From: a virus
Taxonomy: Duplodnaviria > Caudoviricetes
Direction: 5' to 3' (one strand)
IMG/VR virus record: IMGVR_UViG_3300020056_000120
Location: 1 to 28,478 of that record
DNA length: 28,478 nucleotides
Both the position numbers and the translations under genes were made by a program. Within the stretch, counting starts at the first letter, position 1. The number at the start of each line of letters is the position of its first letter. A model generated the notes under the pieces. It saw only the letters and a list, made by a program, of their open reading frames with translations. It did no database searches and was not told the origin of the DNA. This document shows, piece by piece, positions 9,042 to 13,823 of this stretch.

Positions 9042-9191
9042 ATGAAAATTTTTTTCGTGCTATTTTTTGTGCTATTAGTCGGCTGTGTCAAAGTGTCGGT
9101 ATCATGTAAAGTAGATAATGTAGAGAAAATCGCATCCGCGGTCGAAGACTGTAAAGAACAACCTAACATGGCCATTACTAAAGAGTTTTGA
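9042..9191 (+). CDS. Small predicted lipoprotein (49 aa)
   Basis: MKIFFVLFFVLLVGC forms a basic N-region, hydrophobic core and L-V-G-C lipobox, with two further Cys. The start is more likely 9042 than 8994. Confidence 0.55.
   Translation: MKIFFVLFFVLLVGCVKVSVSCKVDNVEKIASAVEDCKEQPNMAITKEF
9132..9147. repeat. Right arm of the GC-rich inverted repeat flanking gp5
   Basis: GCATCCGCGGTCGAAG; pairs with 7734-7750. Confidence 0.7.
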
Positions 9192-9252
9192 GGATACAAA
9201 GTATTATACATAGTTATGTTGAGTCCCAGAGGAAAGTGCTAGAGCTAGCAAT

Positions 9253-9561
9253 ATGATTACAATTACAGAAACAGCAAAGTGGCGTCTATTTCAAGTTAAA
9301 CTGAAAAACAAATCTCGTTACATACGTTTAGATGTAAAGGGAGGTGGGTGTGCAGGTTTTAATTATGAATGGTCTTTTACAGAGGATAAGGAAGACAATG
9401 ATATGTTATTAGAAAACGTTTTATTAATATCAAAGGATTTAGAGTTTTACTTATTAGGTACAGAATTAGATTATATAGATGAGGCCTTTAAAAGTGAGTT
9501 TGTAATTACGAATCCAAATAGTAAGTCTAGTTGTGGCTGTGGTGAGTCGTTTTCTATTTAA
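9253..9561 (+). CDS. iscA: A-type Fe-S cluster carrier (IscA/SufA/HesB/ErpA family), auxiliary metabolic gene
   Basis: Motifs ITITETA, RL.VKGGGCAGF.Y, G.ELDY and F.ITNPN..SSCGCGESF, with all three conserved Cys. Confidence 0.93.
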   Translation: MITITETAKWRLFQVKLKNKSRYIRLDVKGGGCAGFNYEWSFTEDKEDNDMLLENVLLISKDLEFYLLGTELDYIDEAFKSEFVITNPNSKSSCGCGESFSI

Positions 9562-9620
9562 ACGCAAAAAATTTTTCGCAAAACTTCGAGTAACTTGAGT
9601 GATAACTTGTGCGGATTTCT

Positions 9621-9628
9621 TATAAATA
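9621..9628 (+). promoter_or_regulatory. T4-type late promoter TATAAATA
   Basis: Exact consensus in an intergenic region, although the context is extremely AT-rich. Confidence 0.5.
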
Positions 9629-9713
9629 ATACTATATAATAAATTTATATAATCTTATATTTTTTTTTTACTTCCGAACATTGTCGAATTAACCCACAAG
9701 AGGACTTACACTT

Positions 9714-9971
9714 ATGCCTAAACAGCCTAAGAAGATTACACTTACGTCTTTAAAAAAAAAGGCACCTAAAATACCGTCACATACTTGTGTCAGTATAGAT
9801 AATGTTATAAGTAAATTAGAAAAGTTAGTTGAACGTAAAAAGGCGTTAGATAAAAAGTCACTTAAAGACTTAACCAAACGATTAGAAAAATTAAGAACGG
9901 CCAATGAAGACCTACGAGAAGGTGGTATCTATTGGTACGAAAAATTAAAACTGTTATTAAAAAATAGATAG
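9714..9971 (+). CDS. Hypothetical basic coiled-coil protein (85 aa)
   Basis: SD GAGGA upstream; K-rich with C-x-x-I-D and LEKLR.AN..LR helix. Confidence 0.7.
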   Translation: MPKQPKKITLTSLKKKAPKIPSHTCVSIDNVISKLEKLVERKKALDKKSLKDLTKRLEKLRTANEDLREGGIYWYEKLKLLLKNR

Positions 9972-9981
9972 GAGGTCTCCT

Positions 9982-10059
9982 ATGAATTACTACGTTACAG
10001 GAACACTTATTATATTATTAGTTGCGTTTGCATTAATTGTTGGACCTTATTCATATTAA
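9982..10059 (+). CDS. 25-aa single-TM membrane peptide
   Basis: MNYYVTGTLIILLVAFALIVGPYSY* with a strong SD AGGAGGT 5 nt upstream. Not in the ORF track. Confidence 0.6.
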   Translation: MNYYVTGTLIILLVAFALIVGPYSY

Positions 10060-10100
10060 ACTTTTGTTACAATACACTTTTAAGGTCTAAATATTTCTGA

Positions 10101-10574
10101 ATGTTTATTAAAAAACTTATTCAGAAAGTAAAAGATATGGAACTAGGAAATCCTGTCATTACTACCCTTGTTGGGTTAGTGGTGTTCTATATCGGTCTTA
10201 AAATGTTTTCTGGTGGGATGAAGTCTATGGGTAATTTAGATCATCTTGCCTTTTTTACACACAACACCGTTTATATGTTTTTTGGTGGTATTGTTATGAC
10301 ATTGCTTTGGCAATCATCTTCATTATCTACCACAGCGATTATTGCGTTAGTAGCTTCTGGTGCAGTACCTTTACCTGCTGCAATTGCAGCTGTATTAGGT
10401 GCAAATATAGGAACAACTGGAACAATATGGCTTGCAGGTCTTTTAGTTTCTGATGGTATGCCTAAAGGGGATACTTTAAGAATTGCAATGGCACACACTG
10501 GTGTAAATATGTTTATGGCATTAACGTTAATGCCTTTTGTAAAACATATTGCGAACTTTTTAAACCGATTTTAA
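10101..10574 (+). CDS. Na+/phosphate cotransporter family protein, single-repeat (half-size)
   Basis: Motifs G...F..GL..FS.GM, G...T.L.QSSS.ST and A...LGANIGTT.T are hallmarks of the NptA/NaPi-II repeat. There is only one repeat and no PhoU domains. Confidence 0.85.
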   Translation: MFIKKLIQKVKDMELGNPVITTLVGLVVFYIGLKMFSGGMKSMGNLDHLAFFTHNTVYMFFGGIVMTLLWQSSSLSTTAIIALVASGAVPLPAAIAAVLGANIGTTGTIWLAGLLVSDGMPKGDTLRIAMAHTGVNMFMALTLMPFVKHIANFLNRF

Positions 10575-10631
10575 AAATAAAAACCTCACCGAGAGATAAT
10601 TAACAAAAACAAAAGAAAACTCTCAGTGAGG
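10572..10631 (-). terminator. Intrinsic terminator for the minus-strand operon (possibly bidirectional)
   Basis: On the minus strand CCTCACTGAGAG pairs with CTCTCGGTGAGG (12 bp, one G-U), followed by TTTTTATTTTT. It lies between convergent genes and has a 24-nt loop. Confidence 0.65.
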
Positions 10632-10661
10632 AAAAACAACCCTTATAGGGTAACTGTAAAA

Positions 10662-11180
10662 CTATTCATTATCCATTTCTTCATAATCTATCATCTGTTG
10701 GACAATTTCAAAGGTATCATCTAATGCTTTACCTTCTACTGTTTTCCAAAATACATCTTTTGAACCATTTGGTGCGGCCTCTGATAATGTATAACTTTTA
10801 TCTTCACCATCATTATAGATACCAGCAAAGTCCATACCAGGTTCATAATATTGTAAGTTGATACTTACATCATCATTATTATCATAAAAGTAATCAAACG
10901 CTTCTGTAGGTGGTCCCCATGCAGATTGAAAAGAAAAACATAGTTTATCACCATCTCTTTTAGCACCATAAAACTCTTTTACATCCCATTTTGTTCCCCA
11001 ATTATCAACTGACCATTGATACCAATTTTCTTGTTCTTCTTTTGGCATAGGTCTTAAATGATTTAACAAGCCGTCTTCTTTTTCTTTATCATTATTTTTT
11101 TCATCAACAATGGCCTCTATTTCATCTAATATTTTTTTAGGACCTTTTATTTCAACAAAATTATCACACCAGTTTGGCAT
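10662..11180 (-). CDS. DUF1281 / YubB ferredoxin-like domain protein
   Basis: Motifs MPNWC.N, WY.W...NWGTKWD, F.SAW.PP and YYEPGM.F.G. SD AAGGAG. Confidence 0.8.
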   Translation of the reverse strand: MPNWCDNFVEIKGPKKILDEIEAIVDEKNNDKEKEDGLLNHLRPMPKEEQENWYQWSVDNWGTKWDVKEFYGAKRDGDKLCFSFQSAWGPPTEAFDYFYDNNDDVSINLQYYEPGMDFAGIYNDGEDKSYTLSEAAPNGSKDVFWKTVEGKALDDTFEIVQQMIDYEEMDNE

Positions 11181-11194
11181 AGTTTTCTCCTTTG

Positions 11195-11470
11195 TTATAT
11201 TCCATATTCGTTTAATCTAAAATCTACAACAGGCATAAAGTCATAAGCATATTCATTATCAGGCAATGCACCTGACATTTTAACTAACGTATCATACGGT
11301 TTACGTTTGTCAAAAAACTTTTGTAAAACAGTTTTAAGATTATCAGACATTGTATGGGCAATACTATTGTTAAATTTACAAAACAAAGTACCACAAACTA
11401 CATTGACATCGGTAGCACCAACTTTCTTTGCAACTTCAATAATTTCGTTTCTTAATTGTTCATTTGTCAT
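11195..11470 (-). CDS. Hypothetical protein (91 aa)
   Basis: SD AAGGAG; tightly packed within the minus-strand operon. Confidence 0.75.
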   Translation of the reverse strand: MTNEQLRNEIIEVAKKVGATDVNVVCGTLFCKFNNSIAHTMSDNLKTVLQKFFDKRKPYDTLVKMSGALPDNEYAYDFMPVVDFRLNEYGI

Positions 11471-11485
11471 AATATAACTCCTTTG

Positions 11486-11659
11486 TTACAGTTTTTCTTT
11501 GTATTCAAAATGGGTCCATGATTCAGACTTCTCTTTTGAATTAGTTAATATTTTCATACCAGGTCCGTATTCATTATTACAAGCAAAGATAGCAGCGTCA
11601 TAATCATTATACAACTCTTTTAATACTTTGCCGTTTTTTGTTACTTGATATTTTATCAT
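11486..11659 (-). CDS. Hypothetical protein (57 aa)
   Basis: MIKYQVTKNGKVIKELYNDYDAAIFACNNEYGPGMKILTNSKEKSESWTHFEYKEKL*. It fills the gap and starts 1 nt after the upstream stop. Not in the ORF track. Confidence 0.7.
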   Translation of the reverse strand: MIKYQVTKNGKVLKELYNDYDAAIFACNNEYGPGMKILTNSKEKSESWTHFEYKEKL

Positions 11660-11660
11660 A

Positions 11661-12026
11661 TTATTTTAAATATAAAGGTCCTGTCCATTGAATTGGATAG
11701 TTACCTGTTAATACATTTCCTCTTGGTGAGTTTAAAGCAGGTTTATTATAACCAGCGGCCTTTAGTATATCACCTTTTTTAAAATGTTTAAAATCTTCTT
11801 TTACGATAAAACAAAAAACGCCAGTATCTTGTACAATCTTAATGTACTTTTTACCTTCTTTGATTTTTGTTTTAGAATCCCATTTATCAGTTTGTTCTAA
11901 TGCCCATCCTGTTAATTCTTTTTTACCATAACTAGTTGACATTGCAACATAGTCAGCTTTTGCGCCAGCCATTAAGAACTTAATTCCTTCGTCTAGTGTT
12001 TCGCATTTTTGTGATACTTTAATCAT
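11661..12026 (-). CDS. Conserved hypothetical protein of marine T4-like phages
   Basis: Motifs GKKYIKI, VFCFI, GDILKAAG..KPA...RGN and WTGP.YL are recognisable from a widespread phage family of unknown function. Confidence 0.8.
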   Translation of the reverse strand: MIKVSQKCETLDEGIKFLMAGAKADYVAMSTSYGKKELTGWALEQTDKWDSKTKIKEGKKYIKIVQDTGVFCFIVKEDFKHFKKGDILKAAGYNKPALNSPRGNVLTGNYPIQWTGPLYLK

Positions 12027-12030
12027 AGTG

Positions 12031-12159
12031 TTATTTGTCCTTTTTAGTTTTCATTATTTGTATTACTTGAAATAAAGATTTTGTTTTAAGTAATTTGTTT
12101 CCATAAGCAACTCTTTTTTCAAGTTTTTTAATTGCAGTTTTTAATTGTTTATTATTCAT
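12031..12159 (-). CDS. Hypothetical basic peptide (42 aa)
   Basis: MNNKQLKTAIKKLEKRVAYGNKLLKTKSLFQVIQIMKTKKDK*, with TAATG coupling to the upstream gene. Confidence 0.65.
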   Translation of the reverse strand: MNNKQLKTAIKKLEKRVAYGNKLLKTKSLFQVIQIMKTKKDK

Positions 12160-12314
12160 TATTTTTGTAATATAGCAGTTAATGTTCCAGTAAGTATTCC
12201 AGTCAATACTAACATGGCACCCATAAAAAATTGATTTTCTTCAATGGCACCAGCAGCAAAAAACATACTGAATACAAAAATCATAAAACTTATCATTGAT
12301 ATTTTGTCTTTCAT
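12159..12314 (-). CDS. Small two-TM membrane protein (51 aa)
   Basis: MKDKISMISFMIFVFSMFFAAGAIEENQFFMGAMLVLTGILTGTLTAILQK*; SD AAGGA. Confidence 0.7.
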   Translation of the reverse strand: MKDKISMISFMIFVFSMFFAAGAIEENQFFMGAMLVLTGILTGTLTAILQK

Positions 12315-12328
12315 AGTGTTTCCTTTCA

Positions 12329-12541
12329 TTATTTTACTTTTATTATACCAGTTTCTTCGTATGCCTTATAGTCATTAATGATTTTATTAATAGCATTTTT
12401 CATATTAATGTCAATCATCTTTAAAAGAGTATTATCAACTTCAATAATTTCTTTGATATTTTTGTTTATTTTATTAATTTGAGAATATGCAACGTTTCTA
12501 ACGATTTGCAAATTCATTTTATTTGTTTTTGTTGTTTTCAT
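12329..12541 (-). CDS. Hypothetical protein (70 aa), first gene of the early-type operon
   Basis: The ORF starts 6 nt downstream of an extended -10 box. Confidence 0.65.
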   Translation of the reverse strand: MKTTKTNKMNLQIVRNVAYSQINKINKNIKEIIEVDNTLLKMIDINMKNAINKIINDYKAYEETGIIKVK

Positions 12542-12547
12542 ACTGCT

Positions 12548-12575
12548 ACTATATCAGAATGAGCAAGGAATTCAA
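12548..12575 (-). promoter_or_regulatory. Sigma70-type early promoter
   Basis: The minus strand reads (C)TTGAAT-16 nt-TATAGT with a TGn extended -10 and upstream A/T tracts resembling an UP element. Confidence 0.65.
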
Positions 12576-12646
12576 GCACTTTCGGGAAAAAATACCAAAA
12601 AAATGTCGTTTTTTTACGTTGGGAACCGTAGGTTTTGACACATAAA

Positions 12647-12661
12647 GAACAAAACTAGAAC
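12647..12661. promoter_or_regulatory. Candidate alphaproteobacterial LexA (SOS) box GAAC-N7-GAAC
   Basis: GAAC-AAAACTA-GAAC in the divergent intergenic region, 9 nt before a late promoter. Confidence 0.45.
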
Positions 12662-12670
12662 AAAAACCGT

Positions 12671-12678
12671 TATAAATA
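12671..12678 (+). promoter_or_regulatory. T4-type late promoter TATAAATA
   Basis: Exact consensus at the head of the rightward structural operon; CGTTATAAATA context shared with 20457. Confidence 0.8.
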
Positions 12679-12707
12679 GTAGAAATTAACTAAAAATTGA
12701 GGAAATT

Positions 12708-12914
12708 ATGGCAAAAATGCGTGAATTTCTGTTCTGGAACGAATCAGGACAAGAAGAAAAGAAAGAAGATACAAGTTTTAAGAAGGCTGTTAAGTCAGTC
12801 CAAGAAAAATTTAAGAATCAGTTGATTGGATACGAGTATATTAGTAAAAAAGGCAAAAAAATCGTGTCTTCTATACAATTACCACTTGGTAGAAAGAAAA
12901 AAATAGGTAGATAA
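12708..12914 (+). CDS. Hypothetical basic protein (68 aa)
   Basis: SD GAGGA; follows the late promoter. Confidence 0.7.
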   Translation: MAKMREFLFWNESGQEEKKEDTSFKKAVKSVQEKFKNQLIGYEYISKKGKKIVSSIQLPLGRKKKIGR

Positions 12915-13063
12915 TGGCAAAAATAAGTAAAACCTTTGTTGCAAGGGAAAAAAACTATAAAAAATCATCTTTAGGTAAGAAAAAACGAAGTACAAAGTTT
13001 TCATCAATGAATAAATCAAAAAGACGTAGTTGGAAAGCGTATAACGGGCAAGGAAAAGGGTAA
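12914..13063 (+). CDS. Small highly basic protein (49 aa) with an MNK..RR..K.Y.GQG-type C-terminus
   Basis: MAKISKTFVAREKNYKKSSLGKKKRSTKFSSMNKSKRRSWKAYNGQGKG*. TAATG overlap upstream; ends 1 nt before the PAAR ATG. Not in the ORF track. Confidence 0.75.
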   Translation: MAKISKTFVAREKNYKKSSLGKKKRSTKFSSMNKSKRRSWKAYNGQGKG

Positions 13064-13064
13064 A

Positions 13065-13373
13065 ATGGCCGTAAGAGAGGGAGATTTTTTAACAACAGGT
13101 CACGGATGTGATGGAATTACTACTTTAGCAATATCTTTAGTAAGAACAGTTAGAGCAAATGGTATTATAGGTGCTGTAAGAGGCACTCCTACATCACCTC
13201 ATACTATTTTAATCCCTGGTGACCCGCCAAAATGTATTTCACACCCAGCAGTTTTAAATCAAGGTTCACCAAGTGTTTTGATAGGCGGTATACCTTGGGG
13301 ACGTGTAGGTGATAGTGCTGATGGTGGTGCAATGATCTCTGGATCCTTAAACGTTTTAGTAAACGGCAGATAA
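13065..13373 (+). CDS. PAAR-domain spike tip protein (T4 gp5.4-like)
   Basis: Motifs AVR.GD..TTGH.C, V.ANG, H...C..H, GSPSV.I.G.P..RVGD and GS.NV.VN. Confidence 0.88.
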   Translation: MAVREGDFLTTGHGCDGITTLAISLVRTVRANGIIGAVRGTPTSPHTILIPGDPPKCISHPAVLNQGSPSVLIGGIPWGRVGDSADGGAMISGSLNVLVNGR

Positions 13374-13377
13374 TTCA

Positions 13378-13385
13378 TATAAATA
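13378..13385 (+). promoter_or_regulatory. T4-type late promoter TATAAATA
   Basis: Exact consensus 5 nt before the gp25 ATG. Confidence 0.8.
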
Positions 13386-13390
13386 TTGAT

Positions 13391-13822
13391 ATGGCCTACT
13401 CAAACTATGATGCAACAACAACTAATAAGAGTAAAAGATCAAATAGAATCTATAGTGATTTAAATTTGAGTTTTACTAAAAATCCTGCTACAAAGGATGT
13501 TGCAAAAGTTTTTGATATACAGGCAATTAAAAGAGCTGTTAAAAATATAATTTTAACAAACAAATATGAAAGACCTTTTAATCCAGATTTTGGTGCAAGT
13601 TTAAGAGATTATCTTTTTGAAAATTTAACACCACCAATTTTGATTAAAATAAAAGATAGAGTTGTTACCGCTATTGAAGACTTTGAACCTAGAGTACAAG
13701 TCGAAGATGTTATTGTAAGAGAAGACTTTGATGGAAATGGTGTGAACATTACAGTTTCATTTTTAGTAATAGGCACAAGTGAACCAATAACATTAACAAC
13801 ATTTTTACAAAGAGTAAGATAA
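13391..13822 (+). CDS. gp25: T4 gp25-like baseplate wedge subunit
   Basis: Motifs YSDLNLSF..NP.T.D, AIKRAVKNII.T...ERPF.P.FG, FEPRV and a C-terminal LQRVR. Confidence 0.93.
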   Translation: MAYSNYDATTTNKSKRSNRIYSDLNLSFTKNPATKDVAKVFDIQAIKRAVKNIILTNKYERPFNPDFGASLRDYLFENLTPPILIKIKDRVVTAIEDFEPRVQVEDVIVREDFDGNGVNITVSFLVIGTSEPITLTTFLQRVR

Positions 13823-13823
13823 T

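Noticed and set aside
7508-9600. Recurrent TTGAG/CTCAA pentamers around gp5
   Set aside because: The excess of this short, partly AT-rich word is modest and cannot be distinguished from chance by eye.
12635-12640. Perfect TTGACA -35 on the plus strand
   Set aside because: No acceptable -10 hexamer lies 16-18 nt downstream; TATAAATA is 30 nt away.
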